A DNA stretch of 43,693 nucleotides from a virus (taxonomy: Duplodnaviria > Caudoviricetes): positions 1-43,693 of the IMG/VR virus record IMGVR_UViG_3300038608_000013, one strand, 5' to 3'. The position numbers and the translations under genes are program-made. The notes beneath the pieces were generated by a model that was given only the letters and a program-made list of their open reading frames with translations, was not told where the DNA came from and made no database searches. Below, piece by piece: positions 35,176 through 43,693 of this stretch (position 1 is its first letter; the number at the start of each line of letters is the position of its first letter).

Positions 35176-36623
35176 ACCATGATCTCGGTAACAGCCAAAT
35201 AAGAAGAATTAACGCCGCCAAAATGTCTTGCCCCAGATGCCCCATTGAACGTGATTGTGACCGCAGTATTAGGCCCAGCACGTATCTTAAACGTAGTAGA
35301 TGATGTGGTTTGTGCGCGCATAGAATGTCTAAAGTTAATTATTAAGAAGCCGTTGTTAGTTACCATCCAATTAGTCTTAGCGGCAAGCGCATTTGCTGTA
35401 GAATCTTGGAATAAAGCCGCCGCTATAGCTTGGCCGGTTGAAATAGCGTAGGATCCATTGTGCTCTATCTCAAGCATATTCGCCGCTGATTTTGGCACAA
35501 TCTCCTGAGTCATGAACTCAGTGCCTTCCGTATTCTGCGGGATAGAATCATCCGTCGGAAGTATGGTTGTTCCAGTCGCAACCGCCCCCGTCTGGTTTCT
35601 GCGAATCTGCACCGTCTCGCCCGGCAGTCGGTCGCCCTGAGAATAGATGTTGATGCGCGATGGCGCAGCATCCCACGTCCCCGCTGTGGTGAGAGTGTAT
35701 TCCAGATACCCCAGCACCCGCATCGCCTTCGATGTTACCCCGGTGCCGGTATAGATAACGCCCGAGCTATCAGCAGCCCCGGCCCCACCCTCTGCCGTGG
35801 AGGATTCCAGCACGTTATCTTGCAGCCCGTACACGCCGTCCGTGAGCGCGCACTTGATAACGCCAAGCCGGAATGTCCCTGCGTCGTTGAACGCTACCAG
35901 CCACAGCCGGAATATGGTCGCACTTGTCGCCCCAAGTGTTGACCCGCTGGAGACTACGATGGACGCAGCAGCGGTAACGTCGAGCACAGAATATGCCCCG
36001 GTTCCCGCCGTCGCATCCCGGAAGCCGATGCGGATTTTGTCGGATGCTGACGGGTCGGTCCCAGCGGCGGTCTTTATAGCAATCGTTTCCGCATTACCTG
36101 ACCGGCTGGTTGAAATCTCCAGATTCTCGATCAAGCCGGAAAAGGTTGTTGATGCTCCGCCGCTAGATGCATCCGTCTCTGCAAACCACGTTGTTCCGTC
36201 GCAAACGATCAAGCGCATTTCAAATTGCGTGGTAACAGAAAGATTGGCGCCTCCGTTGATCGTTTCTGCCGCATTGGGGTCTACCGTGATGGCATTGGCC
36301 GAGGAATCCGCCTTTCGGACGTAGCACCAGAACCCGTCCGCCATCGTCGCTGCCGCGGTGAGTGTGAGCGTGACAGCGCCAGCCGTAGCATCGACGTTGA
36401 TGACTTTGCCAAGGTCGCCGGCAACAATCGTATACGCACCGGACTTGTCATCGACGATCCGCCGGACATTCGCCGCCGTCAAGTTAGCGGACCAATCAGC
36501 ATTTGTCGTGCTGTACGCCTGATAGATCGTATTCGTCCCGGTATCTACATAGTGCTGCCCGAGATAGTCCGGCGTGACAACGCCAACCGGAGATCCTGAA
36601 CCAGTACGAGTATGCAGCGCCAT
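35172..36623 (-). CDS. Tail fibre / receptor-binding protein
   Basis: 483 aa, Thr/Ala/Gly-rich modular beta protein in the tail module. Confidence 0.7.
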   Translation of the reverse strand: MALHTRTGSGSPVGVVTPDYLGQHYVDTGTNTIYQAYSTTNADWSANLTAANVRRIVDDKSGAYTIVAGDLGKVINVDATAGAVTLTLTAAATMADGFWCYVRKADSSANAITVDPNAAETINGGANLSVTTQFEMRLIVCDGTTWFAETDASSGGASTTFSGLIENLEISTSRSGNAETIAIKTAAGTDPSASDKIRIGFRDATAGTGAYSVLDVTAAASIVVSSGSTLGATSATIFRLWLVAFNDAGTFRLGVIKCALTDGVYGLQDNVLESSTAEGGAGAADSSGVIYTGTGVTSKAMRVLGYLEYTLTTAGTWDAAPSRINIYSQGDRLPGETVQIRRNQTGAVATGTTILPTDDSIPQNTEGTEFMTQEIVPKSAANMLEIEHNGSYAISTGQAIAAALFQDSTANALAAKTNWMVTNNGFLIINFRHSMRAQTTSSTTFKIRAGPNTAVTITFNGASGARHFGGVNSSYLAVTEIMV

Positions 36624-37042
36624 CAGGGAACTCCAATCAAAAGGTTGCCGCTGCCATCGGTGACAAGCGCGTCACCAGAGGTCAGGAGGATGTCGTTAGC
36701 GTAAGCGGTGTGAATGTGCAGCGAATCAGCGACACTGCCATCGGTCAGTGTTTCCGCTTCCGCTCCGGTCATGTTGGTTGCGGCAAAGAATCCGGTCGCC
36801 TCTGTATGCTGCGCCGAGGTCAGGTGGTAATACTCCGCCGCCGTACCGCCCTGAAAGCTCTGAAGGTCATTGTGGTTTCGTGTTTCAATATCAGTCAGGT
36901 TGGAGCCAGTCGTGTCGAGCTGGCTCCACAATATCTGTGCAGCGCCCGTTACACGAACATGCGTTCGTCGCAGCCATTCCCGCCACTGATACGAGAATTC
37001 AGTATCATGGATCGGGGCATTGGGAAGTCTACGCTGGGTCAT
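36623..37042 (-). CDS. Tail-associated protein
   Basis: WREW, HNDLQSFQGG..EYYHLT; follows the stabilisation gene. Confidence 0.6.
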   Translation of the reverse strand: MTQRRLPNAPIHDTEFSYQWREWLRRTHVRVTGAAQILWSQLDTTGSNLTDIETRNHNDLQSFQGGTAAEYYHLTSAQHTEATGFFAATNMTGAEAETLTDGSVADSLHIHTAYANDILLTSGDALVTDGSGNLLIGVP

Positions 37043-39405
37043 GGCAGGTACTCCCCGACCGAGAATACGATGTCAATGCCGTCCAAACGAATCGGTGAAT
37101 TGGCAGTGCTTTTCACCCGCCACGTCCGGCGGTCCGTCATCCCCAATCGAGTAACGCCCGGCAGGGTTTGAAGCGAAACCGATCGGGCGGTTGAAAACGT
37201 CTTGTAGTTGTCGTCCGAGTAGTCAAAGTCGATGGTTGATCCACTTACGGTTTGAAGGTCGCCGATCAGCTTGGCAAGCGAGACAAACTTCCGGATAGCG
37301 ATGTCGCCATCCCACGATTCGGTTCGTGCCTCGAAGTTGATGTTCTGTCCGCCATCCTGATAAATACCGGACGATAGCCGATAGACAAGACCGTCGATCA
37401 CCCCGGAAACCACCGTGTCGCCACGCCGGATCGTCGCGTTGGATACGTTGAAACAGCCTTCTCCTTCGCCATCGATGGTGGTCCACTCAAACCACTTCAT
37501 CGAATTGATGTCATATACCAGCGTGCGATCAAACTGATTCCAGAAATGGCCCAACTGGATGATGTAGAACGAATGCCCGCCAATCGGCGCGAATATGCCT
37601 TTCGCGTACCGAATGTCATTCCCATAGTTTTTCAGGATGCGCTGTATGACGTGATCCGAGATGACCTTCGCATCAAACCCCAGCAGCAGAACAACCACCG
37701 GGTCATCATTGACCAACCGCCCTATCCACAGCGTAGCATCGCCGATATGGGCAACACTCCACGGCGCGATACAGCCGATGGGCTTGAACGCCGCCTCGAC
37801 ACGGCCCAGCGGTGATCCGGTTGCATTGGCGGCATTGTCGAACAGCTCATAGCTACGGGTGCCCAGGGCAAGAACATAGTTCAAGTGCTTTGTTAGCGCG
37901 ACACCATAGTCCGATTCAATCTCGGCGGTGATGAAGTTCAACGCGTTCCAGGATGTGGGGTCTTCCAGATCGGAGTTGTAAATAACCCCGTTCGGGTCCA
38001 TGACAAACACATAGCCGTCTACAGAAGCGGTGCCGGGGACCGTGATGGCGGGATAGTCAACGTCAGTCACCGTCGTTACCGCAAGCGTTGTGCTATCGAT
38101 GATGTACATGCTTTTGCTGGTCTTGATGATCAGCTTCCGCTGCGTGGACAGCTCTTCGATGGTGACTCCGGGCTCGCCTTCCGTCACATTGCCAAGCGAT
38201 GTGCATTGAATCGTCGGAGTGCTTGTGTCGGTGATATAGACACGCTTTGAAACGCCGTCCGTTGCGTTATATCCGCCAGCATTGATATAAACGCCGTCGT
38301 CGTAGCGGTCGTATCCTGAGCCATAGAACGCAATGGGGAAGTTAACTAGCGTTGTCCACTCGTTTCTGTTGGTGGAATAGGCGTAGATAGCATCATCAAA
38401 CGTCGTGTTTCCTGTGTTAGTCCCACCGCCCCAAACGTATATGTAATCCCCGATGGCTGCCGCGGAAGCATATTGAACCGCCACAGGAAGCGATGCTTTT
38501 GCTGTCCATGTATTTGCCGTAGGATCGTAAAGCTCAACGCTCGTTAGAACAGCCGCTCCAGTCTCCCCGCCAATGGCCACAACCAGGCCATTCTCAAGAA
38601 CAACCGACGTTAAATTGCTTCGTGCCGTGTTCATGGATGTTTTGGCAGTATAGGAGTCGGCGCCCGGATCGTAGAGATAGGTTGTTGCCAGATAAGATCC
38701 GGCTGTATTACGCCCGCCAAAGATCAATAATTTTCCGTCTGAAAGAACGCCAACGCGCGCATCAATCCATGCGAAAGGCAACGGGTTTTTGGCTGTCCAA
38801 GTATTCGTGCCGGGGTTATACCAATAGACATCGGATTTCGCATTGACTGTAGCGCCATAAGTCGATGCGCCACCACCAACATAAATCTGTCCATTGGGCA
38901 GCTTGGCGGCGATTAGCTCAACCCGACCACCTTGCGGTAACGTAGTGGGGCTTGACCATGTATCGGTTGCTTTTACATACTTCTGAACCGTTGCGCTTGC
39001 GGCTGATCCAACGGTTATGCTTGTAGATCCACCAAACACAAAGAAGTCATCGCCAATACTTTCTCCGTAGCATTTTGTAACCGCCGTCGGCATGTCGGTA
39101 ACGCGCGTCCAGACTACCGGAGCGCCGATGATTTCGTGATAGATCGTGTTTCCGAATACGCCGATCAGCTCACCGCCCCAGCTATAAAGCCCCAGGCTCG
39201 GGAGCCCGTCATGGCAGGTATCTCCGCCGTCATCCATCACTTGCAGGCCGGGCCGCTTTACAATGGTGCTGCGGTCATTGTCGTACAGCTCGACGTAAAG
39301 GTTCTTGAAGTAGCGGTCCTTGGTGTAAGCGTAGTCGCGCCCGGTGTTCTCCCCAACGAAGGGAAGTCGAATGACCTTGATGTCATCCGTGTCTTGATTA
39401 GCCAC
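37039..39405 (-). CDS. Tail tube / head-closure stabilisation protein (P22 gp10-like) with Kelch insertion
   Basis: KRPGL N-terminus, DGYVFV..IYNSDLEDPTSW.ALNFITAE, GCIAPWSVA; six GG-containing Kelch repeats at ~38230-39111. Confidence 0.8.
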   Translation of the reverse strand: MANQDTDDIKVIRLPFVGENTGRDYAYTKDRYFKNLYVELYDNDRSTIVKRPGLQVMDDGGDTCHDGLPSLGLYSWGGELIGVFGNTIYHEIIGAPVVWTRVTDMPTAVTKCYGESIGDDFFVFGGSTSITVGSAASATVQKYVKATDTWSSPTTLPQGGRVELIAAKLPNGQIYVGGGASTYGATVNAKSDVYWYNPGTNTWTAKNPLPFAWIDARVGVLSDGKLLIFGGRNTAGSYLATTYLYDPGADSYTAKTSMNTARSNLTSVVLENGLVVAIGGETGAAVLTSVELYDPTANTWTAKASLPVAVQYASAAAIGDYIYVWGGGTNTGNTTFDDAIYAYSTNRNEWTTLVNFPIAFYGSGYDRYDDGVYINAGGYNATDGVSKRVYITDTSTPTIQCTSLGNVTEGEPGVTIEELSTQRKLIIKTSKSMYIIDSTTLAVTTVTDVDYPAITVPGTASVDGYVFVMDPNGVIYNSDLEDPTSWNALNFITAEIESDYGVALTKHLNYVLALGTRSYELFDNAANATGSPLGRVEAAFKPIGCIAPWSVAHIGDATLWIGRLVNDDPVVVLLLGFDAKVISDHVIQRILKNYGNDIRYAKGIFAPIGGHSFYIIQLGHFWNQFDRTLVYDINSMKWFEWTTIDGEGEGCFNVSNATIRRGDTVVSGVIDGLVYRLSSGIYQDGGQNINFEARTESWDGDIAIRKFVSLAKLIGDLQTVSGSTIDFDYSDDNYKTFSTARSVSLQTLPGVTRLGMTDRRTWRVKSTANSPIRLDGIDIVFSVGEYLP

Positions 39406-40327
39406 GTGCAGGAGCCAGGAAGATGCTTACCGCTTCGGTATCAAAGCCGGATACACGCTGATACTCACGGTCGGCCATCGCCGATATGGCCGCCAGCATG
39501 TTCAGTGATTTACCGTATTTCGGCCCGAGCAACACCGCAAGATTGGCGGCAAGTGGCAGATACCATTCCTGCGGGAAGTCCACTTCATCCACTGCTGCAT
39601 CGACATCTTCCAGCGTTCTCTGGATATACAGCTTCAGATAGTGGCGCTCATCGTCCGTTTGCGGCCAGACATAGAGTTTAGGGGCCGCGACTTGTGGGTC
39701 GAAGTAGATCGTGTTCACCCGCCCATCCGTGCCTTTTCCGGACTGGTTGAAATATTCTTCCCGACTTCCAACGTGAATCGGCGTATCGTTTTCGTCATGA
39801 ACAACCGATTCCAGCACACGCATGGGGCGCTTGGCCTTACTGGTGTAGGCATATACCACAGCACCAGAGGCAACGTCAGCAGTCAACGGAGCGGTCAACG
39901 TCACGGTAGAGCCGGAAGGCGCGCCGTTTACCGTCGTCCAGTGCATCGTGCCGTCTTGATATACCCCGATCTTGTCGGAGGCAGAGATGCCGGTTGCGCT
40001 GGTCAACACGATGGAACTGGCACCGGACAATGCCGCAGCGGAAGTCGTGGTTTCGACAAATGACGCGGTATAGTGGTCAGTCGTGGTGCTGATCAGCGAA
40101 TACGCGGACTGGTTCTTGATCAGGAACAGATAGACTTGCTGGACAGCGAACAGGTTGATCCCGTCCGCTTGCCATGCCTTTATCATGTAGTTGAGCGTTC
40201 GGGCGCAGGAGGTTAGCTGTGCCGCGCTGGGCGTTGTTCCTTCCGCCAGAACACCAAGAATCTCCAAGGCTTCGGTAATGATGTCATCCCGGCTCGCCGA
40301 AAGGTTGATTGACCCGGAAGTAGCCAT
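39398..40327 (-). CDS. Head-tail adaptor / tail tubular protein A-like
   Basis: DIITEAL..LGV..G.TP, LN.M..W, LYVWP, FPQEW..L..NLA..L.P.YG. Confidence 0.75.
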   Translation of the reverse strand: MATSGSINLSASRDDIITEALEILGVLAEGTTPSAAQLTSCARTLNYMIKAWQADGINLFAVQQVYLFLIKNQSAYSLISTTTDHYTASFVETTTSAAALSGASSIVLTSATGISASDKIGVYQDGTMHWTTVNGAPSGSTVTLTAPLTADVASGAVVYAYTSKAKRPMRVLESVVHDENDTPIHVGSREEYFNQSGKGTDGRVNTIYFDPQVAAPKLYVWPQTDDERHYLKLYIQRTLEDVDAAVDEVDFPQEWYLPLAANLAVLLGPKYGKSLNMLAAISAMADREYQRVSGFDTEAVSIFLAPARG

Positions 40328-40569
40328 TACAGATCCTCAGCGGTTACATCGTCCTTGGTGATAAAGGTATCAGTACCTTCCGGGTTGCTCCAGGGCACAG
40401 TCTGGTCATCCTTGATGCCGCGCAATGTCTCTTGCGGGTGTCGTGGATACCAGCACCGACCGCACACCATGAAATTATCCCATGTTTTCTTGAGCCGGGA
40501 TGCGTGCATCTTGAATCCGCAGCGGTCGCAGATCGCAACCCAATCGCCGGCCTTGAAGCTGGTAATCAT
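40327..40569 (-). CDS. Small Zn-binding virion-module protein
   Basis: AICDRCGFK...L...WD..MVC..C..PRHPQ. Confidence 0.7.
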   Translation of the reverse strand: MITSFKAGDWVAICDRCGFKMHASRLKKTWDNFMVCGRCWYPRHPQETLRGIKDDQTVPWSNPEGTDTFITKDDVTAEDL

Positions 40570-40576
40570 TTCGATG

Positions 40577-40942
40577 TCACAGCGTAGCCGCCAGCACAAA
40601 CAGTTGATCGAGTTGTTCACCCGTCAACCCCAGCGCAGCAGCACCGGCAGACAGCACGGGATCGTCACGGCGCCATGTCTGAGCGCGGTTGATGAAGGCT
40701 TTTTCGAGGAACTTCCGCTTCGGATCGCTTGCCCATGCTTCGTATGCAGCAGAGAGCCCCGCCGCGTCAATCGCCTTCAGCCCCTGCAATGCATCCACTT
40801 CCTGCGGTACGGGATTCTCGGGCACAACGGGGCGCTGAATCTCTCCGGGTGAGTAGCAGCGCCACTCGCCAGGGCCATCAACAAAGATTTCCCACCCCGG
40901 AGGCAGGGCCAGCACATCACCCCAAGCGTTCAAAACTTTCAT
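40577..40942 (-). CDS. Tail-fibre-associated small protein
   Basis: C-terminal RRDDPVL...LGLTGEQLDQLF.LAA motif. Confidence 0.65.
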   Translation of the reverse strand: MKVLNAWGDVLALPPGWEIFVDGPGEWRCYSPGEIQRPVVPENPVPQEVDALQGLKAIDAAGLSAAYEAWASDPKRKFLEKAFINRAQTWRRDDPVLSAGAAALGLTGEQLDQLFVLAATL

Positions 40943-40946
40943 ATCG

Positions 40947-41864
40947 TCACCCCACCAGCTCTAAAACGTAGGACTGCGAAACCATATTGCTGATCCGGGA
41001 GCTTGTGCCGCCGGTTCCAGCACCACCAGGATCGGATGCCATCGCTACGGTGAATGTGTCGGTATCGACTACGGATGCCACGATAACCACGCCGTTGTAG
41101 CCCGCAAGATCGACGCCAGCGATTGTGGTTTTATCCCCCACCGCGAGCGTGTGTACCGCGCTGGTGTTGTAGGTTGCGACACCGCCTACCCACGTTGCGG
41201 TTGAGATTGCTACGGCGGTTTCGGCGGCGGATATCATTTGAACCTGGCAGTACCACGGCAGAGAAAAATCAACAATCAGATCCTGCGCGCCGCCCGGGCT
41301 GGTAAATGATTCTATTCCGGTGACTCCGCTCCTGTGATTCGGCGAATTAGTATCGGAGCGAACATTCACAAGTCCCGCCGAGCGCCCCTCTGGTGTATTT
41401 ATTCCGACTGTCGTGTTGTAGGCTACAACCGTAGTATTTGCAGCGACGGGGATCGGCAATGTGTTTCCGATAAACAGCCTATAGGTGGACGCCGCCCCGG
41501 ACGCTATAGCGGCGTGTTTTACCTGCACGTCGGCCTCCAGCCGCATCCCAGCCCGCACCAGCCCACCCGGAAACGGCCCGATAGTCTCCGCCACCGCGCC
41601 GGCCAAACTCTGCACCGTCACCGGATTGTTCCCCCGCGACGCAAGCACCTGCCGGCCACCCAATGGGCGCCAGATAGTGCCGTTAGAGACCATATACATC
41701 CCTGGTGCCGGCCCCGCATCAGATACGAGATATATCTTCCCGGTAGACGTTGCGGCAGACGGCAGCGCAGCAAATGTAACCGATGCGATCTTTAGGTTGG
41801 TAGACGAAATCTCAGAAGGATAAAATGGCCCACCGCCTGAAGAATTGTTCGTAAGAAGTCCCAT
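40947..41864 (-). CDS. Virion structural / fibre-like protein
   Basis: 305 aa beta-rich; H.L.VGD...I.GV..GYNG...V...TFT module. Confidence 0.6.
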   Translation of the reverse strand: MGLLTNNSSGGGPFYPSEISSTNLKIASVTFAALPSAATSTGKIYLVSDAGPAPGMYMVSNGTIWRPLGGRQVLASRGNNPVTVQSLAGAVAETIGPFPGGLVRAGMRLEADVQVKHAAIASGAASTYRLFIGNTLPIPVAANTTVVAYNTTVGINTPEGRSAGLVNVRSDTNSPNHRSGVTGIESFTSPGGAQDLIVDFSLPWYCQVQMISAAETAVAISTATWVGGVATYNTSAVHTLAVGDKTTIAGVDLAGYNGVVIVASVVDTDTFTVAMASDPGGAGTGGTSSRISNMVSQSYVLELVG

Positions 41865-41867
41865 GGT

Positions 41868-42263
41868 TCAGTCCTTCAAGCGCACAACGATTGAGATATC
41901 ATATGTAGCGCCAGAAACAGCGCCGGCCGTGGTAAGCACGATATCCCCAGTACCACCGGCCGATGCCGGATCAACAAGACCGCCAACTTCCGTGTAGTTT
42001 CTCGATCCGCCACCCGACAAAACGTCAATCTCATCGTCAGTGGTATGATCCCAAAACAGCCTAACCGAGGTAAACCCCTGGATGTTCCAGACTAGCTCCT
42101 CGATAACAAGCCGGCTTGGTTCTGTCCCATCAGGCCCGACAAGAGTCGATTTGTCGATCTTTACGACCGCACTCTCGCCGGTTCCATCGGACACGTTGGT
42201 GAATCGAGCGGCATATCTTCGCCGCCCACTGAACATAACCACCGAGTCTACAGTGTCGGCCAT
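41868..42263 (-). CDS. Virion structural protein
   Basis: TNVSDGTGESAVVKID...GTGDI.LTT, GGAG RBS. Confidence 0.65.
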   Translation of the reverse strand: MADTVDSVVMFSGRRRYAARFTNVSDGTGESAVVKIDKSTLVGPDGTEPSRLVIEELVWNIQGFTSVRLFWDHTTDDEIDVLSGGGSRNYTEVGGLVDPASAGGTGDIVLTTAGAVSGATYDISIVVRLKD

Positions 42264-42278
42264 GTCACGTCTCCGGGG

Positions 42279-42434
42279 TCAGTAAATCTTGCCTTTGGGA
42301 GCAGGCTTTTTGGCCGGCTTCTTCTTGGCCTTCTTGTTGTACGTCACACCTTCGATGCCGGATGCCATGTCGATGTCACGCTGCCGCTGCTCGAAGATGT
42401 TCAGTTTCTTGGGTTTTGCCGGGGGCTTTGCCAT
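42279..42434 (-). CDS. Small Lys/Pro-rich basic protein (51 aa)
   Basis: Manual translation MAKPPAKPKKLNIFEQRQRDIDMASGIEGVTYNKKAKKKPAKKPAPKGKIY; GAGG RBS; fills the operon gap. Confidence 0.65.
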   Translation of the reverse strand: MAKPPAKPKKLNIFEQRQRDIDMASGIEGVTYNKKAKKKPAKKPAPKGKIY

Positions 42435-42445
42435 GTCATTTATCC

Positions 42446-43414
42446 TCAAGCATCAACTGCTGGCAGCAAGTAGCCTTGTGCATTGGCAACCGCGGTTGCT
42501 CGGTTCTCAAACAGCCCGTAAGTGTGTGTGGCTGTGATGAGAATTTCCGTGGTCGCGTCGAGGTGTTTCAGGTTGTTGTACGCGATGATGCCGGTCCCTG
42601 CTGTGCCGTCCGTAGTAATCAGCGTGCCAGCCGTGGATGCCGCGTTGCCCGTCACATCAATGCTATTCCGAAGCACACGAAGGCCAGTCAGATTCTTGCC
42701 GGTCGCAATCGTGAATAGGGCTGCTGTATCAGCCGTCGCATTACCGTTTACGAACACGTTGTCACTGATGTTCCAATCCGCATTGCTGCCGTCCACCAAG
42801 GCAAATGCCAGTGTCGCGGCATCCGGTTCGTGCCAGTAGCAGTTCGTTACAGCCAGACCTTTGGCGTCATCCGTGGTTGCGTTGGTGTCGATGACGTGCA
42901 GGAAGTTCATGTTGGTGGCGGTCGCCAGAACATCCACATGGTCCAGCGTGAAATACTTCGCTGTGGTCAATGTGAAGGCGCTGACAATATCGGCAAAGTT
43001 GGCCGAAACCACCACATTCTGCAAGCTGACGTTCGCCGCAGATACCGCGATAGTCGCCGTTGTGGCGGTATCCAGTGTGATGGTCGGACGATTCGCGCCA
43101 ACCCCAAGCCCGATAATGGCAATCCCCGCCACATCAAGCGCCAGGCCGGTAGCCGAAGACACCGTAGTGGCATGGTTCGGGCGCACCATGATGATATCGC
43201 CCCGGTTCGCCGCACACCGGCCTACCGCGTAGTCCAGCGTCGAGAATGGAGCCAGGAATGACCCATCGTTGCCATCGGAAGCCCCACGTTCACCCACCAG
43301 TGAGGTTGCGGAGTTGCCAACCCAAAACACCTTGCCGGGATGCGTCATTGCGATAGGCACACCACGGATACTGACGCCTTGAGAAAAACCATTCGGAAAG
43401 TTGGACATTGTCAT
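42446..43414 (-). CDS. Virion protein with predicted parallel beta-helix
   Basis: 322 aa, AGGAG RBS; PFSTLDYAV..C.ANRGDII.V.P and Asn-ladder-like repeats. Confidence 0.65.
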   Translation of the reverse strand: MTMSNFPNGFSQGVSIRGVPIAMTHPGKVFWVGNSATSLVGERGASDGNDGSFLAPFSTLDYAVGRCAANRGDIIMVRPNHATTVSSATGLALDVAGIAIIGLGVGANRPTITLDTATTATIAVSAANVSLQNVVVSANFADIVSAFTLTTAKYFTLDHVDVLATATNMNFLHVIDTNATTDDAKGLAVTNCYWHEPDAATLAFALVDGSNADWNISDNVFVNGNATADTAALFTIATGKNLTGLRVLRNSIDVTGNAASTAGTLITTDGTAGTGIIAYNNLKHLDATTEILITATHTYGLFENRATAVANAQGYLLPAVDA

Positions 43415-43501
43415 TTCAATTCTCCTAAATGAAGCCGGAGCGGGAAACCCGCCCCGGAGTCGCCGTTAGGCACTTCAAGCACCGGGCGTTAGCCTTGTGC
43501 A

Positions 43502-43693
43502 TTATGCACCCGCAGAGCCATACAGCGCGCGAGGGTCAACCACGGAGAAAGCGTAATCTTCGTAGCCTTTGGCTTTGAAGTTCTTTGTGTCGAAATCGTT
43601 GTCGGTATCGAACACCATCGCTTCCCGTTCCTGGTAGATGAGGCCGCTTTCCTTGGGAATGTTGGTGCGCACAAACCACGCATCGGCATCCGT
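43502..43693 (-). CDS. Major capsid protein, 3' part
   Basis: ...DNDFDTKNFKAKGYEDYAFSVVDPRALYGSAGA-stop, in frame with 1-833 through the overlap. Confidence 0.85.
   Translation of the reverse strand, partial: TDADAWFVRTNIPKESGLIYQEREAMVFDTDNDFDTKNFKAKGYEDYAFSVVDPRALYGSAGA
43587..43693. repeat. Terminal direct repeat, copy 2
   Basis: Identical to 1-107. Confidence 0.95.

Noticed and set aside
35172-43414. Diversity-generating retroelement or invertible tail-fibre cassette
   Set aside because: No reverse transcriptase, invertase or template/variable repeat pair was seen.

Overview
The window is an apparently complete, circularly assembled tailed-phage genome of about 43,586 bp; bases 1-107 recur at 43587-43693. 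It has a podovirus-type structural arm on the minus strand (probable TerS, TerL, portal, GroES-like protein, scaffold, major capsid split across the join, tail tube/stabilisation proteins, tail fibre, three ejection proteins). The plus-strand arm carries early, recombination, replication and lysis genes (DnaN-like protein, DUF3560, ERF, PD-(D/E)XK exonuclease, SSB, HNH, O/P-like replication genes with iterons, RuvC-like resolvase, NinB, Ref-like protein, endolysin, holin, spanins). I found no integrase or CI-like repressor. The standout locus is 17766-19441: an HNH-like plus Nop/IS110-like gene flanked on both sides by arrays of exact 36-nt units (4 and 6 units). Each unit has two alternating 10-nt repeats (AAGCGAGCCA and AAGACACCCA) and two unique 8-nt spacers. 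This fits a TIGR-Tas (TasH-like) RNA-guided system. Here it has a degenerate HNH motif, sigma70-like promoters at both array ends, long structured RNA leaders, and it sits directly upstream of the replication initiator. Other oddities are a motif-stripped paralogue of the TerL ATPase beside TerL, a Kelch propeller inserted in the tail stabilisation protein, a membrane-anchored polysaccharide deacetylase and a dispersed lysis cassette. All calls come from reading motifs by eye; no database search was run.
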